A DNA stretch of 64,000 bases, from contig CAVXTH010000009.1 in NCBI GenBank assembly GCA_963764625.1, forward strand, positions 480,001 to 544,000, written 5' to 3'. Shown here piece by piece: positions 20,152 to 31,900 of this stretch (positions are counted from its first letter, which is position 1; each line of letters starts with the position of its first letter). Made by a program: the position numbers and the translations under genes. Under the pieces are notes generated by a model. That model saw only the letters and a list, made by a program, of their open reading frames with translations. It was not told the origin of the DNA and searched no databases. Source of the DNA: Candidatus Krumholzibacteriota bacterium. GTDB taxonomy: Bacteria > Krumholzibacteriota > Krumholzibacteriia > JAJRXK01.

Positions 20152-20525
20152 GTTTTTCCTCCAAATTTCTAGGACGGCACCGAGTGCTGCATGGTTGGCG
20201 AATCTCAACTTCCTGTTACATTCGTGCCATATTTCATTGCTGCAACCATCGAAAGCGGCTTCAATACCCAAGCTTAACATGGATTCAGACCGTGTGTGGT
20301 TCCCTGGGATTCCAGGTAGAAAGCAAGAGACACTCGTCTTCGTTGTGGATTCGGGTGATTGAAGCACATTCGAATCTCACCGTATGGGCTTGAGCAATAA
20401 GATCTACAAGGGGATCCCACGTCCCACGCAGCGCCTGCCAAGACCCTCCCTACGGCTGCACCCAATCCTGCCAGAGATGGGCCAAGCAGTGATACTTGAG
20501 GTACTGAGCGACAAGTGTGTGCCGG

Positions 20526-20772
20526 ACGGATAGTGGATTGTATACGGCGCTTTAGCCGAAAAGCGAGCAACGACCTTCGAAACGGGTGCTCTTTGCGCTG
20601 TGTTCTCGGTGCGATGATCACCATGAGGATTGATCGTCGATCCGCGACTCACCCTACCGCAACTCTGTTCGCCCGACATGCGCCCACCTGAGCGGCTTCC
20701 ACCTATCCTTGGGCACACCGTACCCCCGACGCTCGTGCTGTTGCGCATTCGTCGGGAGGCTGAGGGTACTGG
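20526..20772 (-). repeat. IS91/ISCR-like oriIS end, copy 5 (247 bp)
   Basis: Same sequence and same right-hand junction as copy 1. Confidence 0.9.
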
Positions 20773-22612
20773 CTGACCAAGTCGGGCAGGCAGCGAAAGA
20801 TCGGCAAGATCGTCAGCGGTGGAGGTTGTGCTCTGGTGGTTCTTGCGGTGAGCGTGGCGGTGCTGGCTCTTCTGAGCTGGGTGAGTCTGTAGGGAACCGC
20901 GGCGGAGTTGAAGCGATTCGGATTTCGTCGCATAATGGAATGGTCGCGGCATATTGATTGATCTGTACATTTGCAAGGTTGGTAAAGCTCATGAGATGTG
21001 GAATTGCCTGCGGGCTGTTACTCTCGTTGCTCCTTTTCCTCGCTCCGAGCACGAACGCACAGGATGTCCCGGGAAATGTCTTCTTGGGAGTGCCCTCAAT
21101 TCTCACTCACTACGTGCTCGTGTGTCTTCCTCCCGAGGGGGGCGTCTACGCGCTCGCCACTGAACCGCTGGAGCCGGTGAAGTCGGTGCGCTTCCAGGTC
21201 ACCTGGCCGGACGGAGTCGATCACGATCAGGGGAGCGTGATCTGGCCGGGCGCGGTCGATGTCTCCGAACCCGGTGACGACATCTGGGACATCGTGTTCG
21301 AGGAATGTCGCGACAAACCGGGCAGCACTCTGTACCTCGTGAACTACGGAGGGGTGGATTACCACGGTCAAAGGGGCTGGATGTGCCCGTATGGTGACGT
21401 GGTTCCCGACCGGTGTGGACGCTGTGTTCCGGGGAAACCATCGAAGCCTCGCTCTTCGACATGGGCCCTTCCTGGGTGGATGGCTGTTCTCCTTTTGGAA
21501 ACAACTACTGCGAGGTCATCCCCGCCCAGGCGCAGAGCTGGGGCACCCTGAAGTCCAGCTACTGAGAATGAAGTGGAGAGGATCGATGGATCGCAAGAAG
21601 GCCGTTCGAGACTATAAGGAGTCCGCGCGCCCGGCGGGAGTCTACCGCGTGCAGCACACGCCGAGCGGCCGCACTCTTTTGGGATCCAGTCCCGATGCGC
21701 CGGCGATGCTCAACCGCATTCGCTTTCAGTTGCAGACGAAGGGGCATCCCAATCGCAAGCTTCAGGCCGACTGGAATGCCGATGGCGCGGATGCCTTCAC
21801 CTTCGAAGTCTTGGATCTGCTGCCGCCCACCGAGAACGAAGTGAAGGACCCGGCCGCAGAGTTGGCCGCTCTCGAGGAATTGTGGCAAGACAAACTGCAG
21901 ATCCGGAAGAGCTGCGCTAATAAGTCTCGCCATGAACATTGACTGGCACGAAGAGGCCAGCTTCAGATAGGAATTCATTTCTAAACGAACGGCCACGTAT
22001 TCCCACGAGGGCAAGCATGTCTGAAAGTTCCGTTGCTCGTTGGCCCGAGGACTACCGCGTCTCTGTGGCTTCTTTTATCTGAACATCATCGTGGCCGGCA
22101 TCTTCGCCGAACTCTTCGTTCGCGCGAAGCTCGTCATTCCGACCGACGCCGGCGCGACAGCCCACAACATCCTGAGCCACGAATCGATGTTCCGGATTGG
22201 GTTTTCCGGCGAGATCCTGCATCTCTCCTTCGACGTCATGGTGGCAGTGATTCTGTACGCGTTGCTTCGCCCGTCGATCGCAGCATTGCCCTCCTCGCCG
22301 CGTTCATGCGCTTTGCCTGTGATCTCATCTTGGCCGTGGCGAGCATGAGCCATTCGCGGCATTGAAGCTCTTGCATGAGGCGCTGCTCTCGAGTCCTTTT
22401 CCTCTGGACAACTGCATTCGCTCGCACTGTGGGTGATGAATCTTCACGGCGACGCCTATGCCATCAGTCTCGTCTTCTTCGGCTTCGCATGTCTCGCCCT
22501 GGGGCACCTTCTCTTTTACTCAGACTTTCTCCCCAAGGCCCTCGGTGTTCTGCTCGCTCTCGCCGGAGTCTGCTACCTCTTCACGAGCTTCGCCCAGTTC
22601 CTGGATCCGGCC
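20773..22612 (+). repeat. Duplicate of 2266-4110 with frameshifted copies of the secreted, GIY-YIG-like and DUF4386 genes
   Basis: Near-identical sequence with scattered substitutions and indels; DUF4386 cut at GGATCCGGCC by copy 6. Confidence 0.9.
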
Positions 22613-23892
22613 ACGGATAGTGGATTGTATACGGCGCTTTAGCCGAAAAGCGAGCAACGACCTTCGAAACGGGTGCTCTTTGCGCTGTGTTCTCGGTGCG
22701 ATGGTCACGATGAGTATTGATGGTCGGTCCCCGACTCACCCGACCGCAACTCTGTTCGCCCGACATGCGCCCACCTGAGCGGCTTCCACCTATCCTTGGG
22801 CACACCGTACCCCCGACGCTCGTGCTGTTGCGCATTCGTCGGGAGGCTGAGGGTACTGGTAGGGGTTCATGCTCTTGGCGGAGCTCGTTGCGCGGTTCCC
22901 TCGTGCGGGTCGTTGCCGCCGATCCGTGCCAGGTGTCTGAGAATCCGGTCCACCACGGCTGCTTCGTCGATCACCGACACGATCTTCATGGTTCCCCCGC
23001 ACTGCGGGCAGAGCATGGGGTCCACCTCGAAGATCCTGCGCAGCAGGCGTGCCCAGCTGCGGCTGCGCGCAGTGGAGGGTGCCCTGTCGATCGTCGCGTC
23101 CTGGGGGTTGGCTCTTGCCCCTCGGGCCCGGTGCGAGTACCAGCCGTAGTATCTGACCAAATGCTGGCGCGGTGCGGGGATCTGGGCGCACAGACGGCGG
23201 ATCATCTCCAGAACATCGAGTTCGAGATCACGTTGGCCGGTGCTGGGATGGATCGGTGTCCGAACCCGCACCTGCTTGGCGTCGAGCGGGGTGATCGCGT
23301 CGAGCCGGATCGGCGCGCGGGTGATGTACCGCGCGAGGTGCTCCTGGCGCTCGGTGTGATCGGGCAGCACCGGCTCGCCGGCATGGACCCCGAAGCCCGA
23401 GTGCTGCCATGACAGGAGCATGGCCTCGGTCTCCTCGCGCAGGCGCTTCGCGCGCCGGAGCTCTTTAAGCACCAGCCGTCGGAACAGCTCAGTCAGCGTC
23501 TTCTGATCCCACCACTCGACGCGCTCAAACCATGGATCGCCGCGGCGCGGTAGGTGGAACGCTCCCTCGGTGATCAGCGCGTGGACGTGCGGATGGAAGT
23601 TCGCGGCGTAGCTGCCGAAGGTCTGGATCGACGCGATTGCGCCCACCTGCGCCCGGGGGTCATCGACCGCCTCGCACAGCAGGCGCTGGGTCGCCTGGTG
23701 CGCGCAGCGCGGAAGGATCGACAACAGTCGGCGCTCCCGCTCGAACAATCCACGGATCACCTTGGGTACCGTGAACACCACGTGGCGGTGGGCAACCGGG
23801 CTGAGCACCTCCTCGACCAGATGTTCAGCAAAAAGAGCAGCGCGCTTGGCCTGGCAGCTCGGACAGAAGTTGCGGGTCTGGCAGCTGAACGC
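22613..23892 (-). mobile_element. IS91/ISCR-like copy 6, transposase 5'-truncated
   Basis: Identity to copy 4 ends at GCAGCTGAACGC inside the Zn domain; ORF 22867-23808 is the C-terminal part. Confidence 0.9.
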
Positions 23893-24041
23893 TGGCCGAC
23901 GGGACCTTCGAGGCGGGGCACTACGTCCGCAGCTGGGATGGACGCGACAAGAGCGGAAGGGTCGTGCCCTCGGGCGTGTACCTCGCGCGCTTGAAAGCAG
24001 GCGACCGGGTGGAGACGCAGAAGATGGCTTTGCTCAAGTAG
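23893..24041 (+). pseudogene. Orphan FlgD-Ig C-terminal fragment
   Basis: LADGTFEAGHYVRSWDGRDKSGRVVPSGVYLARLKAGDRVETQKMALLK*. Confidence 0.75.
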
Positions 24042-24096
24042 TGAAAATGCGGCTTTAATCAGGCTGATGGCGGACTGACTGGTCCAGTCTCGCCAG

Positions 24097-24126
24097 GGCC
24101 CCGGGCGGAAGTCCGGGGCCTTTTCT
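24097..24126 (+). terminator. Rho-independent terminator
   Basis: GGCCCCGGGC-GGAA-GTCCGGGGCC followed by TTTTCT. Confidence 0.7.
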
Positions 24127-24268
24127 CGCGATTGCGAACCCAACAGAATTGAAAGCGACTTTCAGTTGCGAGGAAGATCGAAGTGCCGGCGGGCGAGGGT
24201 GGAGGTGTATACTGCATCCAGATTCCATCTGGGCTCCCTGTCATGAGTGAACACAGGAGGGTCCCGGT

Positions 24269-27049
24269 ATGTCCACTGCCTGGCGTGTCGGGAGCTGGTG
24301 TCATCGGCTCCGGCCGCTTCTACTCTACCTCCTCATTCCCCTTCTCATCCTCGGACCTCACGCCTCGAGTTCGCACGCGGCGAGTCCGGATTCCCTGGCC
24401 ACGCAGCCGGACACGGCAAACAGCAGCCACCTCCTGCGTGCCCGACTCGACAATGGGCTCCGGGTGGTAATCGTTCCAAAGCCGCAGGAAGTGCTCGTCC
24501 GAGCTCTCCTCCTCTACGATGCCGGTGCCTGTCGCGAGCCGGAGGGCAAGGGGGGACTCGCCCACCTCGTCGAGCACCTCATGTTCGCGAGCAGTGCCCC
24601 AAGACCCGACGAAAGCTTGCGTCAGCGACTGAGACTGCACGCGATCGACGATCGTGGCTGGACCAGCTCCTTTGCCATGGGCTACCAATGGGATTGTCTA
24701 CCAGAAGAGCTTCCCGTTTTGCTCGAGATCGAAGCCGAGCGGATGGCCGGTCTCGCGTTGAGTGAAGCGACCTTCGAACGGGAACGAAACGTCGTGTTGC
24801 GGGAGAAAGATTTCCGTGGCGAGAGAGACGCCTGGGAGGAATTGATCTCGAACTGCTACCGCGCCGCCTACAAGGGGCATCCGCTCGGACGCGATGTCTC
24901 CGGAACCGTCGAGTCCGTCTCGCAGCTCAGTCTGCAGGACGTGCGCGAGTTCCACGAGGAATACCTCCGGCCCGGTCGCGCGATCCTGGTGATCGAAGGG
25001 CCGGCGTCGCCCCAGATCGTCGTACGGCAAGTCCGCAAGAGCTTCGAGCCAGTACAGAAGCCCGGCTCGGGAACCGAGGCCACACTGCCTTCGCTTCCAA
25101 AGCTCGCGCACCACAGTGTGATCAGTGATCGACCCGATTTTCAGGGCTTCCAGGTTGCTTACGGATTGCGGACTCCAACCCGAACCCCGCACGACCTGGT
25201 CATGAACGCCATCCTGTGCGAATTGTTGGACTCCTGGGTGGGTGCGCTCAGTTCCTACTCCATGGGCAAAGAGAGGCTGCTCGTGGTCCATCGCTGGTAT
25301 TCTCGGTACTTCGCGGGCCCGGAGTTTGTCACCATGGAGGTCAACGCGGACTACGATGCCCAGGAGGCTCTGTCCTGGCTCTGGAACGACATCGTGAGGA
25401 GTGGCCGTCATCTGCGAAACAGGATCAGGTTTCCTGCCATCATCGAAGGGGCACGCCGACGACTTTCTCAGCACGGTTTGCGCTCCGGTTCGGATCTCAC
25501 GGATCTCGCCATGAACGAGCTGGCGGTCGGTCCCACCGCGTCGTTGAGCGTTTTGGACTCGATTCTATCGAAAGTCGACGAGGAAGATTGCCTGGAGTAC
25601 TTCCATCGCGCGATCAACAACGAGTGCAGCGTCAACACAGTCGTCCATGGCAAGGGATCCAAACGCAAGCTCGAGCTCAATACGGTGGGAATGGCCAGCG
25701 CGACCGCGCAGGACAGTACTGGCTACAAGCCGGCACCGAGTCCCGATCCGGAACGGCTCGAGGAACTCCTGCAACTCTACGAGCGCTGCGGTCTACCCAG
25801 GATGGAACGAGTCTCTCTGCCCGATCAGGGCAGCTTGTACTTGTGGGAGCAACCCGAGAGCCAGGAAATGCGTGTGGCGGGTCTGCGGTGTTTCCGCGGC
25901 CTTCGAGACCTCGAAGCCTCGGGTAAGCCGGGAATGAACGCGCTCTACAACGTCACGGCGTCCTATGCATCCAGGCGGGATGACCCGGATGAGGAACCGG
26001 AAATCTATCACCTTCCCTACGGAACCAGATTCCTTGCTGATGCCTTCGAGTACAACTTCTCGGCCCATGGCCGAAGCGAGGACCTGGACGGGATACTCTC
26101 CACTTTGTCAGAGCGGTTGAACAAGAAGGGGCTCGATGCCGCTGCGTGGGGAAGAACCTTGAGGCATGTCGATCTCTGGTTCGCGAAAGACTATGTGGAT
26201 GCGCAATTGCTCGCTCAACGGTATCGGCGCTCACTCGTCTTCGGTCCAGAGCATCCTTCTCGCTATTCCGAGATTTGCCCCCCCGAGACCTATGACAAGA
26301 TCAAATACAAAGACATCAGCAAATTCCACCAGAACCTCGCATCCCGGGATGGACTCCTGTGGTTCGCGAGCGGAAGAGTTGATTCGGCCCGGCTGGTTCG
26401 CGCTCTGCCGAAGCTGATCAAACGGGACAAGAAGCCGAAACTGATGGAAACCATCCCGGGCGCTCCTCCGCTGAAGCGGATCAGCGGTCGCATCTTTCCC
26501 GCATTCGAGTGCTCGGACGCAAGAGTCGTGCTGTCGTTGCCTGCGATCGACGTGTCCGCGGTGCCGAATGCCTGGGCCCACTGGGAGATTCTGCGGGCCA
26601 TGTTGCACCAGCAGCTCTTCCAAGAACTCCGCGAAAGGGAGAGCCTCGTCTACGTAGTCCAAGCGGACGAGGATCTCCAGGGAGACCGGTTCTCTCTCAC
26701 GATCAGCGCCAGCACGTCTCCCGAACGAGCGGAACGGGTATTCTCGATCCTGTGCGAGTTTCTGAAGAGAGTTCGATCACGCGCGGTCGAGGAGTCTCCC
26801 TTCCTGCTCGCCAAACTCGATGCAATCCACCATCTGCTGCGAGCAGAGGAAGATCCTGCTCTCGCTCTCGCCCGAATGGAGTGGATGGCGCGGTTCGGTC
26901 CCATACCAGAGAATCCCACTGAGGAACTCATCGATCTGGACCTGGCCTCCTTTCAGAGCTTCCTAAAACAGACCGTAAACCCGGACGCCTTCGTCTTCAC
27001 CGTCGTGGGCCCGATCCTGGAGGATGAGATCGAGAGTTTTACCTTCTGA
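24269..27049 (+). CDS. M16 (insulinase-like) zinc peptidase, large single chain
   Basis: LDNGLRVV, GLAHLVEHLMF (HxxEH), FERERNVVLRE, LFQELRERESLVY. Confidence 0.8.
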   Translation: MSTAWRVGSWCHRLRPLLLYLLIPLLILGPHASSSHAASPDSLATQPDTANSSHLLRARLDNGLRVVIVPKPQEVLVRALLLYDAGACREPEGKGGLAHLVEHLMFASSAPRPDESLRQRLRLHAIDDRGWTSSFAMGYQWDCLPEELPVLLEIEAERMAGLALSEATFERERNVVLREKDFRGERDAWEELISNCYRAAYKGHPLGRDVSGTVESVSQLSLQDVREFHEEYLRPGRAILVIEGPASPQIVVRQVRKSFEPVQKPGSGTEATLPSLPKLAHHSVISDRPDFQGFQVAYGLRTPTRTPHDLVMNAILCELLDSWVGALSSYSMGKERLLVVHRWYSRYFAGPEFVTMEVNADYDAQEALSWLWNDIVRSGRHLRNRIRFPAIIEGARRRLSQHGLRSGSDLTDLAMNELAVGPTASLSVLDSILSKVDEEDCLEYFHRAINNECSVNTVVHGKGSKRKLELNTVGMASATAQDSTGYKPAPSPDPERLEELLQLYERCGLPRMERVSLPDQGSLYLWEQPESQEMRVAGLRCFRGLRDLEASGKPGMNALYNVTASYASRRDDPDEEPEIYHLPYGTRFLADAFEYNFSAHGRSEDLDGILSTLSERLNKKGLDAAAWGRTLRHVDLWFAKDYVDAQLLAQRYRRSLVFGPEHPSRYSEICPPETYDKIKYKDISKFHQNLASRDGLLWFASGRVDSARLVRALPKLIKRDKKPKLMETIPGAPPLKRISGRIFPAFECSDARVVLSLPAIDVSAVPNAWAHWEILRAMLHQQLFQELRERESLVYVVQADEDLQGDRFSLTISASTSPERAERVFSILCEFLKRVRSRAVEESPFLLAKLDAIHHLLRAEEDPALALARMEWMARFGPIPENPTEELIDLDLASFQSFLKQTVNPDAFVFTVVGPILEDEIESFTF

Positions 27050-27103
27050 CTACCGCCTAGTCGCGGCGAACGTCATGGCTCTTCGATCAGGTCGAAACAA
27101 ACA

Positions 27104-27129
27104 AGCGCCCGGTGTCACCACCGGGCGCT
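27104..27129. terminator. Hairpin between convergent genes
   Basis: AGCGCCCGGTG-TCAC-CACCGGGCGCT, T-rich tail on the minus strand. Confidence 0.6.
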
Positions 27130-27156
27130 GTTGTCAGGTAGAGTATAGGACGGAGC

Positions 27157-27416
27157 TCAGCTCTTCTCCTTCATCTTCTCTTCCTTCTTCATCATCTTAG
27201 CCATCTCGGCCTTGTTCTTCTCGGCCCAGGCATGAAGCTCGGCGACGACCTTCGGATTGTCGGAGGTAATGACCGCGATATCGCCGTTCTTGGTTTGAAC
27301 GTCTTCGTAGTGGGCGCCCTTCATCATACAGTTGGTGAGCGCGGTACAGCTTCCGCACAGGGTCACGGCTTCACCGGCCTGAATCTTCTTTTGGCAAGCC
27401 GCCATATCCATATGGT
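27157..27416 (-). pseudogene. 3' fragment of a CxxC protein cut by copy 7
   Basis: ..MAACQKKIQAGEAVTLCGSCTAL...ITSDNPKVVAELHAWAEK; abuts the repeat with no upstream region. Confidence 0.55.
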
Positions 27417-28152
27417 CGGATAGTGGATTGTATACGGCGCTTTGGACGCCGAGCGAGCAACGACCTTCGAAACGGGTGCTCTTTGCGCTGTGTTCTCGGT
27501 GCGATGATCACCATGAGGATTGATCGTCGATCCGCGACTCACCCTACCGCAACTCTGTTCGCCCGACATGCGCCCACCTGAGCGGCTTCCACCTATCCTC
27601 GTGCGGGTCGTTGCCGCCGATCCGTGCCAGGTGTCTGAGAATCCGGTCCACCACCGCTGCTTCGTCGATCACCGACACGATCTTCATGGTTCCCCCGCAC
27701 TGCGGGCAGAGCATGGGGTCCACCTCGAAGATCCTGCGCAGCAGGCGTGCCCAGCTGCGGCTGCGCGCAGTGGAGGGTGCCCTGTCGATCATCGCGTCCT
27801 GGGGGTTGGCTCTTGCCCCTCGGGCCCGGTGCGAGTACCAGCCGTAGTATCTGACCAAATGCTGGCGCGGTGCGGGGATCTGGGCGCACAGACGGCGGAT
27901 CCTGCATGGATAGGGGAGGCCAGAGAGCATGGCAACACAACCCTTGTCGAGGTGGCACGGGCTCTTCAGGTGCATGTGATTTCGCGTAGACTTGGGCCGG
28001 CGATCAAGTTTGTTGAACTCGCGCCGTTACTCGTCCGTCGGAAGCCTGGGCGGCATCGTATAGTCGCGCCGTCGCCCCCTTGAAAAACTTCATCGAAGCC
28101 CATTGCACACTCATCTGTTTGTACTATATTGCATCTACGCACCGCCACCTTT
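27417..28152 (-). mobile_element. Non-autonomous mini IS91/ISCR element, copy 7 (736 bp)
   Basis: Ori end plus transposase 3' piece plus upstream region; two internal deletions shared with copy 8. Confidence 0.9.
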
Positions 28153-28271
28153 TCTTTGTCTGATCGTGCGGCGTTGCCAATGGGTGAATGGGAATGTGAT
28201 CCTTGAACTGCACATGCTGCGTGGGTTAAGCTCGATTTCGTTCCCCATCTCCCTCATTTCCGAGGACATTC

Positions 28272-28956
28272 ATGAACCGACTCAAGCCCGTATTGCGTGC
28301 CGTTGCATGTTTGGCCGCCCTTGCAGCATTCGGATCCTGCTCGGACAGCAAGAGCCCCACTGCCGGAAGCGGTACCTGCGGTGACGAAAGCGTACACTGC
28401 GTTTACGCGATCATTCATACCGCCGACTGGAGCACTGGTGTGGACTACCTCGGATCTAGACTGGACCAGACCGACTACTACGGTACCACCGATCTGCCGC
28501 TCGCGAACATCGAGGGCGTGTCTCCGGGAGACCAGATCTACGTCGGAATCACTCTGTCGCCCGCCCTGGTCGTCAGCAGCAACATACCTCCTGAGGTAGT
28601 CTTGCAGGTGGCCGGGGCACTCCTGGGTGGAAGCACGGATCTCGTGGTACAGACTGAACCGTCTATCTCGATGCGGGGTGACTGGCAGACCATACAGTAT
28701 CCGAGGGTCAATCTTCGCGGCAAGAGCGACGACAGGCAACTGTGACAGCATGAACGCAGAGTGGAGAGCGACGGGGTTGTCGGCGGGTGACGAGCTGCGC
28801 GGCTTTTCCCTCAGCTTCACGGTTCCCGAAACCTGGTCGAACGGTACGTCGATACGGGCAAGCCAGACCATTCCGGTCGAACGAATCGACTGGATCGCGT
28901 CACTCTCGGGTGATACCAGCGGGGAGGTCCCTCCCATCCAGTTGAAGGAGCGATGA
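28272..28956 (+). CDS. Putative lipoprotein, probably frameshifted near 28720
   Basis: MNRLKPVLRAVACLAALAAFGSC lipobox; ORF 28272-28745 appears to continue in the 28627-28956 frame. Confidence 0.5.
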
Positions 28957-31900
28957 TCAAAGAGGCGGTTGCCTGGCTCCATGACCTAACGCAGCAGAGG
29001 TGATCCGGCGGGTCTGTACCGTGCCGGGAATTTGCAGCCTTGCGAAGTAGGTGCCCGAAGCGAGCGCGGCTCCGCTGTCATCTCGTCCCGTCCAGCTGGC
29101 GCTGTGCGTTCCAGAAGTCTCCTCCTCGTCAACGAGTGTTGCGACCCGCCGGCCTCGCACGTCGAACACCTCGAGGCTCACGCGTCCTGCGCGTGGCAGC
29201 CGGTAGTTCAGAAGGGTTCGCCCGCCAAAGGGATTCGGGCTCGGGGGCGCGAACCAAAACTGCGTCGCCGCAATGGGCGTGGCCGCGGTGCCGAGAAGCG
29301 CTGTCCGCAGGTCTGTCTCGGTCAACGAGTTGTACGGAAGCCCGATCCAGGGACTGAATTCGAAATAGGGACTGCGCGAGCGAAAGCGCAGCCGCCAGTG
29401 ATACGCGGTCTCCGAAGTGGCACCGGTGACGGGCTGCTCGAGAGCGACCGCGCTCCCTGCCGAAGTGGGTGCACCCGTGTCGGTGTAGGGACCCCTCTGG
29501 AGCACCCCATCGAACGGGACTCCGACCGGCTTCACCTCGTATTCCATTTGGACTCTGGTACGTCCCGCCGGGCATCGGCCCAGCGCCTTTAGGGCCCAGG
29601 CGGTTTGGACGTTGGACGCGCCGAGCAAATCGATCGGGGCCGAACCGTCGTACTGCGCCTGGCGCGGTATCTTGGGGAGACCGTTGCCGTCGTTGCCAGG
29701 GTGCAGGTAGATCTGATCGAAGCCCCACTTGGTCACCAGCAAATCGGTAAAACCGTCTCCGTTCACGTCGCCGGCGGTGGCAACGACTTGGCCCATCGAA
29801 GCATCAGCCTGATTCGATTCGAAGAACCACTCGTCGCCGATCGGAGGAAAGCTCGACGGTGCGCCGAAGAATACCGTCACCTTCCCCTCGAATTGCTGGC
29901 CATGACTGTACCGCGGCGAGCCGACCACGATATCAGAATACCCGTCTCCATTCAGGTCGCCTGCGTAGCCAACCGAGAGCCCCAGATTCTCACCCAAAGT
30001 CCCCAGGCGACTCCAAGCCTCGTTTTCGTCGATCCCCGTTGGACCACCCAGGTGCACTTGCACGATTCCGTCGAGCGATTGACCCCCGAGCACGATGTCC
30101 GAGTATCCGTCACCGTTCAAATCGCCGGCACTATCCACCGCCACGAGATTGGTGCTGGGAGTGCTCAACCAACAATAGGCCTGGGGGATGAGTTGAAGCC
30201 CAGAGGGAGATCCGAGGTACACCATCGCCACTCCGCGGTTGTCGCCGAAACCGGAGAGCGTCCGAAAATTCCCGACGAGCACGTCAGAATACCCGTCGGC
30301 GTTGACATCTCCGGCGCTCGCCACCGTGTTTCCCACGCCCTCTCGCGTGACGGACCACGAGGGCGATGTCTCCAAACCGGTGGCGGACCCACGGAACAAA
30401 TATGCCGTGGAACTGCCAACCCCATCCGCTCCCACCAAGACGTCTCCGTAACCGTCTCCATCGACGTCGCCAGCATCCGAAACGGCAGATCCGAACAAGC
30501 TGTTCTGCGCGTCTCCCACTTTGGACCACGAGGACGTAATGGAGAGTCCACTCGGACCTCCGTCGAACTCGAAGACCTTCCCTTCACCACCTTGGCTGGC
30601 GTTGAAATCGGGGTCGCCCACCAGTACGTCGGTGTACCCGTCGCCGTTGACATCCCCAGCGAGCGAGACCGAAGCTCCATACGACTGAGGTGCCGCTCTG
30701 CGAGCTCGACCAGGAGGGACTCGTCGACAGCCCGTACGCAGTTCCCAGATACAGGCGGGCGCGCCCATGCCCGGACATGAAGTTGCTGTAGTTGGGGGCG
30801 CCGACGATGACGTCCGAATAGCCGTCGCCGTTCACGTCTCCCGCCGTCGAAGCCGCGTGTCCGTTGTCGGTATCGGCGGCTCCGTCCGAAGCGATCCAAC
30901 CGGGCGCCTCCGAGGGATATCGTTGTCCACCCGTAAAGACCCACGCTGTGCCGAGGTTGGAGTAGTTGGGACTCGTGAGATCGCGGTAGGGTTCTCCTAC
31001 GATGATCTCGGAGAAGCCATCCCCATTGACGTCTCCCGCGGTGCACACGGCGCTGCCGAATTGCGTATCGAAAGAGCCAGAAGTTCGTGTACAGGGGGAC
31101 GTCGAGGGTCCAGCGGAACTCCCGAAATACACGGAAATGTGTCCCTGGTATCCCGGTGCGCCCGGGCTGCCGACGATGATCTCGGCGTAGCCGTCGCCGT
31201 CAAGGTCACCTGCGGTGGACACTGCGATACCGTAACGCTGCCCGGTGACCACCCCGACCTGAGTCCAGACCGGCGTGGTGGCCAGACCAGTGGGACCTCC
31301 CAGATACACGTCGGCCCTGCCCACCACGTCGACTAAATTCGGTGTGTACTTGGGAGCACCCACGATCACGTCGGCGTAGCCGTCGCCATTGACGTCACCT
31401 GCAGTGCAAACCGAGGTGCCGAGTTGTGAACCCAAGCCCCCCGTGACGGACCAATTCTCCGTGCCTCCGATCCCAGAAGGGGATCCGTAATAGGCGAAGA
31501 CCTTGCCGTTGTCGTTGGCAGTGTTCCCGAACGCGTCGTAGCCCGGTGCTCCCACGAGGATGTCGTCATAGCCGTCGCCGTTGACATCGCCCGCAGTCGC
31601 TACCCAGCTGCCAAAATGTGCGCTTTCGGTCCAACCAAAGAGGACTGCATCGTAGGAAGTCGAAGGTCCACTGGGAGAGCCATAGTAGACATAGACTGCG
31701 CCAGACTCGGCCCCCAATAGACCGCCCCCGACACCACGGGCACCCACGACGACATCGGCATACCCATCGCCGTTGACGTCGCCAGCCGTGCATACCGAGC
31801 TGCCGAACAGGGCGCCGGCCAGGTTGATTTCGGCCGTCCAGTCGGGGCTGCCCGAGATCGGGTTGGGCGCGGTAGAGCCGAACCAGATGTAAGCGCGCCC

